64,000 bases of DNA. It comes from Escherichia phage 310Ecol104PP. The notes under the pieces were generated by a model. It saw only the letters and a program-made list of their open reading frames with translations, did not search any database and was not told where the DNA came from. Where the stretch lies: sequence record OR062946.1; one strand, given 5' to 3'. This document shows positions 39,244-48,391 of this stretch, piece by piece (positions within the stretch are counted from its first letter, which is position 1; every line of letters begins with the position of its first letter). The position numbers and the translations under genes are program-made.

Positions 39244-39502
39244 GAATTTGTTCTAAAATTTTAGAGTATTCCTTTGTATCAGATTTACGTACAATCGATA
39301 CACTATACGGCATACTATCGGTGTCTTTTATAAAGCGTTCCAAATGACACTCTAATAAAATTTCTGGATTATAAATCGTGTACATCAAATTACCTGTTGC
39401 TCCACGATATTGACAGATTTCTACTGATTGAACACCATTCCATAATTTTGTTAAGACCAAATCACCTACTTCTAATTTAGGAAAGCCCATGTTATTCACC
39501 AA
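39224..39502 (-). CDS. hypothetical protein, 92 aa
   Basis: ORF track. Confidence 0.45.
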   Translation of the reverse strand: MVNNMGFPKLEVGDLVLTKLWNGVQSVEICQYRGATGNLMYTIYNPEILLECHLERFIKDTDSMPYSVSIVRKSDTKEYSKILEQIRANKKD

Positions 39503-39677
39503 TTAAAGTTTCAATATAAGAATCAAGATTTACTTTAGCTTCTTCCATAAGAGTTTTGTATTTAATCTTGTTAGCATGTCCGGAGAAAGCTGATTCATCA
39601 ATAACTGTTGATGTATGAACAGCTCTACTATACGTCTCAATTAATTCTCTTAATTTAAAAGCCTGCTCACTTGTCAT
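39492..39677 (-). CDS. hypothetical protein, 61 aa
   Basis: ORF track; early promoter upstream. Confidence 0.45.
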   Translation of the reverse strand: MTSEQAFKLRELIETYSRAVHTSTVIDESAFSGHANKIKYKTLMEEAKVNLDSYIETLIGE

Positions 39678-39809
39678 TACATACTCCTTTGAATCATATC
39701 AATAATATTGTTCACCAGATTATAGGTAAACATTGGGTAATTATATTGAATCATCACATATATAACAAACAAAACTTTCATTCTCTTCTCCTTGACAGTT
39801 GACAAGATT

Positions 39810-39839
39810 ACTATACCATAACCTTGCCAACTTGTAAAC
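39810..39839 (-). promoter_or_regulatory. T4-type early promoter
   Basis: GTTTAC, 18 nt, TATAGT. Confidence 0.55.
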
Positions 39840-39841
39840 CG

Positions 39842-40015
39842 TTAAATGTTGTTTTCAATAAAATTCTGAAGCTTTGTGTGAGCATCAACCATGATTTTCA
39901 TTTCTTCCTTTGCGAAAGCTGTACCTCTTTCCCGAGCAGAATACTCATAGTCAGAAACTGCATTAGCATATTCTTCAATTAGCTTCATTAAAAACATCTG
40001 CTTTTCAGTTTTCAT
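39842..40015 (-). CDS. hypothetical small protein, 57 aa
   Basis: own translation MKTEKQMFLMKLIEEYANAVSDYEYSARERGTAFAKEEMKIMVDAHTKLQNFIENNI; start uncertain. Confidence 0.35.
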   Translation of the reverse strand: MKTEKQMFLMKLIEEYANAVSDYEYSARERGTAFAKEEMKIMVDAHTKLQNFIENNI

Positions 40016-40199
40016 TATTCCACCTAATCATTTCAAGATATTGAACTAACTTAGCTTTAGATTTATCCAAATCCTTTTTAGCTGCTTCTATACCGTCGTA
40101 TGAATATCCTTCACAATGCTCAACTGCTAATTGATATGAATCTATTTCAATATCACGTGCTAATTTAATGATTTTTTCAAACTGTTCGCGTGTTAGCAT
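40005..40199 (-). CDS. hypothetical protein, 64 aa
   Basis: ORF track. Confidence 0.45.
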   Translation of the reverse strand: MLTREQFEKIIKLARDIEIDSYQLAVEHCEGYSYDGIEAAKKDLDKSKAKLVQYLEMIRWNNEN

Positions 40200-40201
40200 A
40201 A

Positions 40202-40405
40202 TTAAACTCTCGTATTATGATCGATAATTTCATCAAGAAACATATCTAACGCTTCTAAAGCATTATCAACTTTAGTTTCAAAGTCTTTAATGCCTTTATT
40301 CGAAATACCCGATGAATACCAAGCAAAGTCAATCAGCTCTTCATCTGCTTTACGAATTGAAGCCACTAATTCCTTGATTTTATCTGCTTGCTCTATACTA
40401 ATCAT
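40202..40405 (-). CDS. hypothetical protein, about 67 aa
   Basis: likely start ATG 40405 ([11 protein letters not shown]) after GGTGGA. Confidence 0.45.
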   Translation of the reverse strand: MISIEQADKIKELVASIRKADEELIDFAWYSSGISNKGIKDFETKVDNALEALDMFLDEIIDHNTRV

Positions 40406-40593
40406 TATTCCACCACATATGACAGAGAGAATATTGCACACGCCATATGCGTTGCAGCTTCATCACACATATTATAACGTTTCTTCAAAACTTCAACAAG
40501 TTCTTCACTAGTAACTTCATCCATGTCGACGAAAAAATCACCATTAATGATGACGTAGATATTTCCTTCTTGATTGAGTGCTTCAATTTTCAT
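40405..40593 (-). CDS. hypothetical protein, about 62 aa
   Basis: likely start ATG 40593 ([10 protein letters not shown]) after GAGGAG; track start extends through promoter. Confidence 0.45.
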   Translation of the reverse strand: MKIEALNQEGNIYVIINGDFFVDMDEVTSEELVEVLKKRYNMCDEAATHMACAIFSLSYVVE

Positions 40594-40621
40594 GATGTTC
40601 TCCTCTTTATTCGATAGTTGT

Positions 40622-40651
40622 ATAGTACCACAACTCAAACGGAAAGTAAAC
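40622..40651 (-). promoter_or_regulatory. T4-type early promoter
   Basis: GTTTAC, 18 nt, TACTAT. Confidence 0.55.
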
Positions 40652-40660
40652 CGGTAAAAT

Positions 40661-40683
40661 GAAAAAAGTCTCCCGAAGGAGAC
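40661..40683 (-). terminator. intrinsic terminator
   Basis: GTCTCC-CGAA-GGAGAC hairpin plus U6. Confidence 0.6.
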
Positions 40684-40688
40684 TAATG

Positions 40689-41075
40689 TTATTCGAGGGA
40701 AAGAAGATACTTACTCTGGTAAAACATTCCAGTAATATCATCTATCGTGCTTTGAATGGCTGGAGGCATTTCTTTATAAATGCTGTTAGATTGGTCTAGT
40801 ATGCGATCAATCATTTTAATTGTGTCGGTAGGAAGTTTACTGGCATCTGGAATTGAAGGTGTGTATTTTCTACCAGAATACCCCAAATATTGCTCACCAA
40901 ATTTATCAATCAAATCTGGCAACTCGGAGAAAATAAAATCGTATGCTTTGTGTCTAGCATAACTTTTAGTTTCAAAATGTGCAGAATGAAAATAAGCTTG
41001 TGCAGCCATTAATAAACCTAAGTATTCATCTGCCTTTGAAGGTTTTCCACTTTGTGAAAAGTCGCTGAATTTCAT
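40689..41075 (-). CDS. hypothetical protein, 128 aa (upstream of rI)
   Basis: ORF track. Confidence 0.5.
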   Translation of the reverse strand: MKFSDFSQSGKPSKADEYLGLLMAAQAYFHSAHFETKSYARHKAYDFIFSELPDLIDKFGEQYLGYSGRKYTPSIPDASKLPTDTIKMIDRILDQSNSIYKEMPPAIQSTIDDITGMFYQSKYLLSLE

Positions 41076-41365
41076 TCAGTCTCCAATTTAATGTTCATAA
41101 TTCTAGCGTATGATTGTGCCATCTCCGCGCCTCGTTCTATACATTCAAAATCAGAAGAGCACGGGTCATTTTTATAGGTCGTTCTCATAAAACTATAGAA
41201 TTGTTCAGACGATTCTACGCTTTTATTTTCAAAAAGCATATAAACATGTCTAATACCAGATTCCATAAATTTATCAAAATGAGGATCGACATTCGCTTCA
41301 ATCGATGGAGATAAAACAAATGACAATCCTAGCATGGCAAATAGTGCCGTTGCTTTTAAGGCCAT
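41072..41365 (-). CDS. rI: RI lysis inhibition regulator
   Basis: 97 aa; signal-anchor MALKATALFAMLGLSFVLSPSIEA; matches recalled T4 RI. Confidence 0.85.
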   Translation of the reverse strand: MALKATALFAMLGLSFVLSPSIEANVDPHFDKFMESGIRHVYMLFENKSVESSEQFYSFMRTTYKNDPCSSDFECIERGAEMAQSYARIMNIKLETE

Positions 41366-41377
41366 AAAGGCCTCCTA

Positions 41378-41590
41378 TCATTTTTGTCCTGTATTTACTT
41401 TATGCCGATGCACGGCCTTAACTTTATCAAGGTATTTTTCAAAATTTCGCAATCTAGTATAGTCTGCCGGAGATTGGTTGAGTGATACTTCTCGACGCAA
41501 AGCTGAAATAACATTTCCAACTTCCCTACGAATTTCATCTAATTGAAGCACAGTAAGATTGCGAAGTTGCTTTTCAGTTAATTGTAGCAT
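41378..41590 (-). CDS. hypothetical protein, 70 aa
   Basis: ORF track. Confidence 0.5.
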   Translation of the reverse strand: MLQLTEKQLRNLTVLQLDEIRREVGNVISALRREVSLNQSPADYTRLRNFEKYLDKVKAVHRHKVNTGQK

Positions 41591-41632
41591 ATATACCCCT
41601 TTAGTTAGATAAACCTATTTATAACTTTTGCA

Positions 41633-42214
41633 CTAACCGAGCTTTTTAGTTAATTCATTCCAATGTTTTCTACACAAAGAAACATAAATTTCATCACCAA
41701 TACAGATTTGATTACCTTCTTTAACTGGTGTTCCATCTTCCATTAATCGAGCTGTCATAATCGCTTTTTTGCCGCAATGACAAACTGCCTTTAGTTCAAT
41801 AAGTTTATCTGCAATCGCTAAAAGTTCTTTAGAACCTTCAAACAATTTTCCAGCGAAATCAGTCCTTAATCCATAAGCCATAACAGGAACATTATATGTA
41901 TCAACAATTCGGCTCAATTGATGTACTTGTTCAGTTTTTAAAAATTGGGCTTCATCTACAAATACGCAATGAATATCTTTTTGTGCTTCAGCCCATTTAT
42001 AGAACTCGAAAATATCCATATCATCTGTAATAATATTCGCTTCCTGTTTAATTCCAATGCGAGAAACGACTTCGCAGACAGAATCGCGAGTATCAATAGC
42101 AGGCTTAAGAACTAATACACTCATTCCACGTTCTTTATAATTATGTGCAGCAGTCAAAAGAGAAGCAGATTTTCCAGCATTCATTGCTGCATAAGTAAAA
42201 ATTAAACTCGCCAT
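41633..42214 (-). CDS. tk: thymidine kinase
   Basis: 193 aa; P-loop AAMNAGKS, C-terminal Zn ribbon CHCGKKA...C. Confidence 0.95.
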   Translation of the reverse strand: MASLIFTYAAMNAGKSASLLTAAHNYKERGMSVLVLKPAIDTRDSVCEVVSRIGIKQEANIITDDMDIFEFYKWAEAQKDIHCVFVDEAQFLKTEQVHQLSRIVDTYNVPVMAYGLRTDFAGKLFEGSKELLAIADKLIELKAVCHCGKKAIMTARLMEDGTPVKEGNQICIGDEIYVSLCRKHWNELTKKLG

Positions 42215-42223
42215 ATCACCTTC

Positions 42224-42409
42224 TTAAAGCGTATTCACATAAGCTATTAATTCATTTTCTTTCTTATCAAACCGATCAGCAAATTCTTCCTGCTGTTCGG
42301 GAGATAGCGGGCCGTATTCATCATAAAAGGTGTTTGCTTCTATATGCTCATCTAGAAGTTCATGGATAAGCTCAAACAATTTATCTTTTTGTTCTTTACT
42401 CAGACTCAT
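42224..42409 (-). CDS. hypothetical protein, 61 aa
   Basis: ORF track. Confidence 0.5.
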   Translation of the reverse strand: MSLSKEQKDKLFELIHELLDEHIEANTFYDEYGPLSPEQQEEFADRFDKKENELIAYVNTL

Positions 42410-42575
42410 ATATTAATTTCCAGGAGTTTTAAAATAATTCGCTTTTGCTTAAATATTTCCATAGTTAAATGACCAGTATCTTTTTGACCGATTCCAATGG
42501 CAAAACCTTTATTAACAGCGAGTTCAATTAAATTATCAAGCTCACGTAACACTTCGTATTGTAACTCAAAACTAT

Positions 42576-42782
42576 TCATTTTGGTTTACCTTCTTTAACG
42601 AAATCAGGATAAGGATAAAATCCTGAATAAAATCCTTCACCTTTATGATTGATGCATCCTTTATTAGAACAATAGCACCAATAATCGAAATCACAAGCCA
42701 TTTCATCATTACATAAAGCAAAAACAACAGGCCATTTACACTTTTCACAATGGGCATGTTTAAGAATACTAGTTTGGCTCAT
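42576..42782 (-). CDS. Cys-rich small protein, about 68 aa
   Basis: likely start ATG 42782 (MSQTSILKHAHCEKCKW), ATGA overlap with upstream stop; about 11 Cys. Confidence 0.45.
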   Translation of the reverse strand: MSQTSILKHAHCEKCKWPVVFALCNDEMACDFDYWCYCSNKGCINHKGEGFYSGFYPYPDFVKEGKPK

Positions 42783-42991
42783 AACCATGTAACCTTTAAG
42801 CAATATTCTTCTACATGTTGTTTACGACCTTTCTTATCAATAAAGGTATATTCAACGAATGTTCCAATGTAGTCTTTATCTACATCATGTGGACTATTAA
42901 TTGGACATTTAGTACGGCAAATGCGTTCCCATTGACGAATAATTTCCACTTTGTTTTTAGGATCAAACGGATGTGGGTAATGTACTTTCAT
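42779..42991 (-). CDS. hypothetical protein, 70 aa
   Basis: ORF track. Confidence 0.5.
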   Translation of the reverse strand: MKVHYPHPFDPKNKVEIIRQWERICRTKCPINSPHDVDKDYIGTFVEYTFIDKKGRKQHVEEYCLKVTWL

Positions 42992-43442
42992 AATCCACCA
43001 CTATTAAATCAATATCAGGAGTAAACATGTCGATTAATTTAGAAACCTTATCCCAATCGCCGCCAGCAATACCACAACCTATGCGTGGAATGTAAATTAC
43101 TGGTTTAAACAAAAGGGTTTCTGCCTGTAGATTTAATTCTATCATGCAGTTTACTAAAGCACCATAATCAAGATTAGGACCTGGTTCGTATTGCGTATAC
43201 AGGTTATAGCATATACCAAAACCATTAGGTTTATGTTTAAAAACAATAGACATATCGCCTAATTTATCACGAGAACCGTACTCAGTAGTGGTTTTATCTA
43301 TTTCTAAAATTTTGGGATAGGCTCTTGCTAATTGACCAGCTACACCTGAACCCATAGTATGAAAACAATTGCACCCGTGCGCAATAATATTACCTTGAAG
43401 AAATAGGGCGACAATATCGCCCTTGATATATTTTACAATCAT
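42963..43442 (-). CDS. macro-domain protein (ADP-ribose binding/processing fold)
   Basis: 159 aa; GCNCFHTMGSGVAGQ and IGCGIAGGDW resemble macrodomain signature. Confidence 0.6.
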   Translation of the reverse strand: MIVKYIKGDIVALFLQGNIIAHGCNCFHTMGSGVAGQLARAYPKILEIDKTTTEYGSRDKLGDMSIVFKHKPNGFGICYNLYTQYEPGPNLDYGALVNCMIELNLQAETLLFKPVIYIPRIGCGIAGGDWDKVSKLIDMFTPDIDLIVVDYESTLPTSV

Positions 43443-43780
43443 CTAGTACTCAATCCTCGATTATAAGAATCTACCAAACGGTCAACCATTGAATGACAAG
43501 CGGCTTTATCTTTCTCCTCCGCAACTGAACATTCTAAGGTATTCCACTTTTTAGCATATCGTTTTAACAATGTATCATTTTTGTATCTGCTTGATTTATC
43601 TCTTTCTCCGTCTTTATATGCATATATTAATTTCTGCGCAAATTCAGCTTGGCATGCTTTATTTTTCCCGCAATAATCCGCTGCAGTACGGTTTACATAC
43701 TCTCTAATTTCAGTATATGATGTATCTGCTAACGCAGAAAATGAAATTAATCCTATACATAAAACCAAAATTTTAGTCAT
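43439..43780 (-). CDS. secreted small protein, 113 aa
   Basis: signal peptide MTKILVLCIGLISFSALA; 4 Cys. Confidence 0.5.
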   Translation of the reverse strand: MTKILVLCIGLISFSALADTSYTEIREYVNRTAADYCGKNKACQAEFAQKLIYAYKDGERDKSSRYKNDTLLKRYAKKWNTLECSVAEEKDKAACHSMVDRLVDSYNRGLSTR

Positions 43781-44318
43781 TTACTATTTCCAAAAGTTTA
43801 TTATTTTTAAGGTAATTAGCCTTTTCTAGGACTTCAGAAGCATATTTAGAACCTGCTTTAACATTCCATCCCGAATTATAAGAGGATATTGCTTTTCTTA
43901 TATCGCCCTTATGTATATTTAACCAATAAGAAAGTTCAATGTACGCCCAGGAAGCTGAATTGGACCGTTTATTCAACATTCTTTTTATTTCAGCATCGGT
44001 CATATTATAACCAAGTTCCTTAACTCTTGCTCGCATAGTAGGCAAATAATTTTGGAACATTCCGTAGGCGTGATGCTTTGGTTTAGATTTTAAATTAACT
44101 CCGCCAGAGCTTTCTTGCCATAAAATAGCAGCCATTATATGACCTAATCCGCTCTTGTGGATATTTTTGTGTGTTTTATATTTTCCATCCTTAGAAAATT
44201 GTTCCCCGAATTGATACGCGTAACGCATGTTATCGAGTTGGACATTACTGAAAGTATGCTCGGAGCTATGTGCCATCATTGAAATGGCCAATAGACCAGC
44301 GAGTAGTGCTTTTCTCAT
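43773..44318 (-). CDS. secreted lysozyme-like/lytic-transglycosylase-like protein
   Basis: 181 aa; signal peptide; AAILWQESSGG resembles SLT catalytic motif. Confidence 0.5.
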   Translation of the reverse strand: MRKALLAGLLAISMMAHSSEHTFSNVQLDNMRYAYQFGEQFSKDGKYKTHKNIHKSGLGHIMAAILWQESSGGVNLKSKPKHHAYGMFQNYLPTMRARVKELGYNMTDAEIKRMLNKRSNSASWAYIELSYWLNIHKGDIRKAISSYNSGWNVKAGSKYASEVLEKANYLKNNKLLEIVND

Positions 44319-44325
44319 GCTTACC

Positions 44326-44787
44326 TCATTGAGTTTTAATTACTGCTTTAGAAGCCTTTCCTGGTAAACGACGACTGTTGATAATTGCCATCCTACATTG
44401 AAGTGACGGGTCTTTGAATTTCGCATTAGGTTTACAAACTGTAAATCCAAGCCAAAGATTTCCATCTGTGATTTCTAAACGTCCAGGACGATATTCAACC
44501 CCATCAATAAAATCCTCGTCAATGTCAGGACGCGGAGGCATACTCAGGAATTCATTAACTTCTAAAACATGGTCTTTTATTTTATGGAATAATTCAAAAA
44601 CATATGTCTCATCAATCTCCCGTTGAATTGCGCGATCAAGAAGATGCTGAGAATATTTTAGATGAAACGATGAGACCCCTGCTGCTTTTGATGCCTCACG
44701 AATCTCATTGTTAATTTGACGAAACTCCGACTCAAAGTGACGACGAAGCTTATTTCGACGGATAAAAACTTCTGTATTGATAGTCAT
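44326..44787 (-). CDS. regB: RegB endoribonuclease
   Basis: 153 aa MTINTEVFIRRNKLRRHFESEFRQINNEIREASKAAG; matches recalled T4 RegB. Confidence 0.9.
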   Translation of the reverse strand: MTINTEVFIRRNKLRRHFESEFRQINNEIREASKAAGVSSFHLKYSQHLLDRAIQREIDETYVFELFHKIKDHVLEVNEFLSMPPRPDIDEDFIDGVEYRPGRLEITDGNLWLGFTVCKPNAKFKDPSLQCRMAIINSRRLPGKASKAVIKTQ

Positions 44788-44814
44788 GTTATTCTCCTCT
44801 TAACTGATAGAAAA

Positions 44815-44844
44815 ATTATACCACAGTCAAGAGGAAAAGTAAAC
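44815..44844 (-). promoter_or_regulatory. T4-type early promoter of regB
   Basis: GTTTAC, 18 nt, TATAAT. Confidence 0.6.
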
Positions 44845-44846
44845 AG

Positions 44847-45125
44847 TTATTCTTTAAATCTAATCAATTTATTCATAGACTTTGAAACTTCTGCATGAAC
44901 CTCATGTAAGTTTTTAAGCTGTTCAAGACGCTGTTCATAGTAAGCAATTTCATCTTCTTCGAGACAGTCCTGTGAATCTTCTTTAAGATAACGTGCATAG
45001 TCCTGAAAAGCTTTACGGACTACTTCCTGGAAGTCATCAAGACTTTGAATTTTCTTAGGAGCGGCAGATACACGACGAGGTGCAGTATAATACTCATAAC
45101 CAAACCCTGCGCTTAATTGAGCCAT
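44847..45125 (-). CDS. hypothetical protein, about 92 aa
   Basis: likely start ATG 45125 ([13 protein letters not shown]), TAATG overlap. Confidence 0.5.
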   Translation of the reverse strand: MAQLSAGFGYEYYTAPRRVSAAPKKIQSLDDFQEVVRKAFQDYARYLKEDSQDCLEEDEIAYYEQRLEQLKNLHEVHAEVSKSMNKLIRFKE

Positions 45126-45391
45126 TAGTATTTTTCCTCTGGTTGGAACACAGCACGGCAAGCCCACATACTTGCTTCTTTGAGTTTCGTTTTAGCAATA
45201 GTTAACTGATCGAGGCTTTCGGCGTAATTCTTCGCGAGTTCATCATCTTCACAGCTATCAAATGCTTCCCAAAATTCATCGTATAAAGCGTCAAAGATAA
45301 GTCCTAAACGAACTTCAGCGTCTTTGATAGCATTCACTTTACCGATTTTCTCTTCAGTATGCGGCTTATAACCCTTAATATCTTCAATCAT
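45125..45391 (-). CDS. small acidic protein at T4 vs.4 position (candidate Acb2-type cyclic-oligonucleotide sponge)
   Basis: 88 aa; positional only (second gene upstream of regB). Confidence 0.45.
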   Translation of the reverse strand: MIEDIKGYKPHTEEKIGKVNAIKDAEVRLGLIFDALYDEFWEAFDSCEDDELAKNYAESLDQLTIAKTKLKEASMWACRAVFQPEEKY

Positions 45392-45605
45392 ATTTTACTT
45401 CCTCACCAGTACCTAAATCATATTCAACTAAACGAATAGGTTCATGAATGCCATATCCCTGAACAGAAATTTCTGTCGTAGGATAAATTCCATCAATATC
45501 ACCCATATTCCATGCTTCATTAAATTGCTGTTCGCCTGAATTACTAAACCATTCGGCGAAAGCATTTAGCACATCTTCAGAACCTTCAATAATTATCTTT
45601 GCCAT
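45384..45605 (-). CDS. hypothetical protein, 73 aa
   Basis: ORF track. Confidence 0.5.
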   Translation of the reverse strand: MAKIIIEGSEDVLNAFAEWFSNSGEQQFNEAWNMGDIDGIYPTTEISVQGYGIHEPIRLVEYDLGTGEEVKYD

Positions 45606-45967
45606 TACAGACTCTCGGTAAAGGTACGAGCGATAACGTCGCGCTGCTGTTCCGGAGTCAGAGAGTTAAAGCGAACTGCATAACCGGATACACGGATGGT
45701 CAGCTGCGGATATTTTTCCGGATGCTTAACTGCATCTTCCAGAGTTTCACGACGCAGAACGTTTACGTTCAGGTGTTGACCACCTTCAATTTTAACTGTA
45801 GGTTGTGTTTCAATTTCAATTTCACGGGCATGTAAACCGTAGAAAATTTCTGGGTCTACAAAAGAGTCCTCTTTAAAGGTTTTAGAGACAATAATTCGTG
45901 CTTGAATACCGTCTTCAAAATAAATAGTACCTTTATGTGTGCCTTCAAGAATTTGATATGCTTTCAT
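45605..45967 (-). CDS. autonomous glycyl radical cofactor (GrcA/YfiD homolog)
   Basis: 120 aa; C-terminal [60 protein letters not shown] matches recalled E. coli GrcA. Confidence 0.85.
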   Translation of the reverse strand: MKAYQILEGTHKGTIYFEDGIQARIIVSKTFKEDSFVDPEIFYGLHAREIEIETQPTVKIEGGQHLNVNVLRRETLEDAVKHPEKYPQLTIRVSGYAVRFNSLTPEQQRDVIARTFTESL

Positions 45968-45974
45968 ATAAACC

Positions 45975-46304
45975 TCAATTAGAAAATAAATTTATCCAAG
46001 ATTGTTCTTTAATTAAAAATGGCTCAGAATCATATGCCATTAAACTCTGTGTGATTAGTCCTTTAAAAGGCCCATCAATAAATTCCATGGTAAAATATGG
46101 AATTTTATTCATTAGCCGTGCATTAGGAGCAGTACATAAAACTCTGCATCCTTTGAATACACCTTTTTGTAATTTGTATTGCTTGGGATAAAATTCGCTC
46201 AAAATGTTGTTATTTGCCAAAATTTCAAAATGATTCACCAATTTATTTTTAATAGTTTTTGGCGAAAAATAAAGATATTCGAAAAGCTGTGTGTCTGTCA
46301 TCAT
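45975..46304 (-). CDS. hypothetical protein, about 109 aa
   Basis: likely start ATG 46304, ATGA overlap with upstream stop. Confidence 0.5.
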   Translation of the reverse strand: MMTDTQLFEYLYFSPKTIKNKLVNHFEILANNNILSEFYPKQYKLQKGVFKGCRVLCTAPNARLMNKIPYFTMEFIDGPFKGLITQSLMAYDSEPFLIKEQSWINLFSN

Positions 46305-46840
46305 TGCATTCCGATTACGAAAAACTGCGGACGAGTAATACCACCAATGCAACATTTACTATTACAGCAGTAGTGTACAGTGTCAATATGGACGCTATAA
46401 ATCTTATCCATATCAGGAGATTTGACAGGCTCATCGATTATATACAAAATTCGCGAAAGCGATAAACCTCTGAACTTACTTCCTTTATTACCAATAAAAC
46501 TGCGCACAGAATCAGTAAATAAACGAAAACGTATATCATCATTAGAATAACGCGAAAATTCCTTTTTAATGTTATTTGCAGAAATTTTAGCGTAAGCTGA
46601 AGTATTAGAAAGAACAATAACTGTTCCGCCATCATACAGCCAATTAGCAGCAAAGTTAGTCACAGCAATTGATTTACCGGATTGACGTCCACCATCTATA
46701 CGAAGTGTGCAGTACTGTTTAAGTAATTCTTCAAATGGCGGGATATATTCGTTTTTACAAATTTCTTCTACTCTAGCATCAGAATGGTGTGTAAAAGCAT
46801 TCATCAGGGATAGATACGGGCCAGTTAAAAATGTTCTCAT
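46301..46840 (-). CDS. P-loop NTPase with C-terminal Cys cluster, about 179 aa
   Basis: Walker A GGRQSGKS, Walker B-like ILYIIDEP, HYCCNSKCC; start chosen at ATG 46840 (MRTFLTG). Confidence 0.55.
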   Translation of the reverse strand: MRTFLTGPYLSLMNAFTHHSDARVEEICKNEYIPPFEELLKQYCTLRIDGGRQSGKSIAVTNFAANWLYDGGTVIVLSNTSAYAKISANNIKKEFSRYSNDDIRFRLFTDSVRSFIGNKGSKFRGLSLSRILYIIDEPVKSPDMDKIYSVHIDTVHYCCNSKCCIGGITRPQFFVIGMQ

Positions 46841-46981
46841 TTTATTCTCTCTAAATTTGGGCCATTCCATGGCGCATGAATTGTCCATTTCTGTATTTAC
46901 CCATTACCGCACTCAGGCTCGACCTTATTACAGGTTGGCGGGAATCCCTTATAGAATCATAAGGTCCAGGTTGTTCCCATA

Positions 46982-47455
46982 TTATTTGAATGATTTGACG
47001 TACTGAATAGAACCTTTACTATTCACAAAGGCAATTTTACCATTTTTGTTATACATGGTAGCAGTACGTTGATAACCATAAGTTTGTTTACCAGATTGAT
47101 AACCAACTAATGCAAAATTATCTTCACCCATTTTATTCTGCTTAGCGCGAATGCGTTCATGGCCATGTGCCATAAGAACCTTAGCATCACCCGTTGCAAT
47201 GGATCTACGAGTTTTTTCATCTTCAACTGTATTAACAAAGTCGTCAAATGAATCAAATTTAGCATGAGATTTATTATACAGTTTTCCATCTACTGCATAA
47301 TTATATCCTTGTACATCCATCTCAACTTCTGTACCGTCATCCAATACAGCAGTGATTTTCTGTCCTTTTTTAAATTTCAAAAGATCAGTAAAAGATTCAG
47401 CAATAATTTGAGAATTAATAGCTGCTTCAGTAATAAATTCTTGATATGTTTTCAT
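46982..47455 (-). CDS. internal (capsid-injected) protein with capsid targeting sequence
   Basis: 157 aa; N-term MKTYQEFITEA matches T4 CTS consensus MKTYQEFIAEA. Confidence 0.65.
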   Translation of the reverse strand: MKTYQEFITEAAINSQIIAESFTDLLKFKKGQKITAVLDDGTEVEMDVQGYNYAVDGKLYNKSHAKFDSFDDFVNTVEDEKTRRSIATGDAKVLMAHGHERIRAKQNKMGEDNFALVGYQSGKQTYGYQRTATMYNKNGKIAFVNSKGSIQYVKSFK

Positions 47456-47471
47456 GTGTATCCTTTAATTT

Positions 47472-47789
47472 TTATTCTTTAGGGAAGTTTTTAGAATATG
47501 CATCATAAAGCTTATTTCCAATACGGCGGAAAACTCTAGCCGCAAAACGATTTTCTGGGTTTTTAATCATGATTTGCATCATATAAGTACCCGCGTCAGA
47601 AAGAGCTTCTTCATAGTACCCGTTAATTTCTTTAAGAGTCCTACGTTTACCACCAGGACCATCAACAGTGATTTTCCATTTACCTGTAGAAGTGCGACTT
47701 GGCGGCTCAACTTGTTCAATCCAGATATAACCACCTTCTACACGTTGTCCTGCAGCAGATTCTGCAATAAATTCTTTATACGTTTTCAT
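47472..47789 (-). CDS. internal (capsid-injected) protein with capsid targeting sequence
   Basis: 105 aa; N-term MKTYKEFIAES; basic. Confidence 0.65.
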   Translation of the reverse strand: MKTYKEFIAESAAGQRVEGGYIWIEQVEPPSRTSTGKWKITVDGPGGKRRTLKEINGYYEEALSDAGTYMMQIMIKNPENRFAARVFRRIGNKLYDAYSKNFPKE

Positions 47790-47825
47790 GTGTTTCCTTT
47801 AAATATTTTAATTAGTAACTGTGAA

Positions 47826-47855
47826 TATACTATCACAGTTCTAGGAGAAAGTAAA
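47826..47855 (-). promoter_or_regulatory. T4-type early promoter
   Basis: GTTTAC, 18 nt, TAGTAT; -10 in loop of perfect 8-nt inverted repeat AACTGTGA/TCACAGTT. Confidence 0.55.
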
Positions 47856-47860
47856 CAACT

Positions 47861-48391
<531 letters not shown>

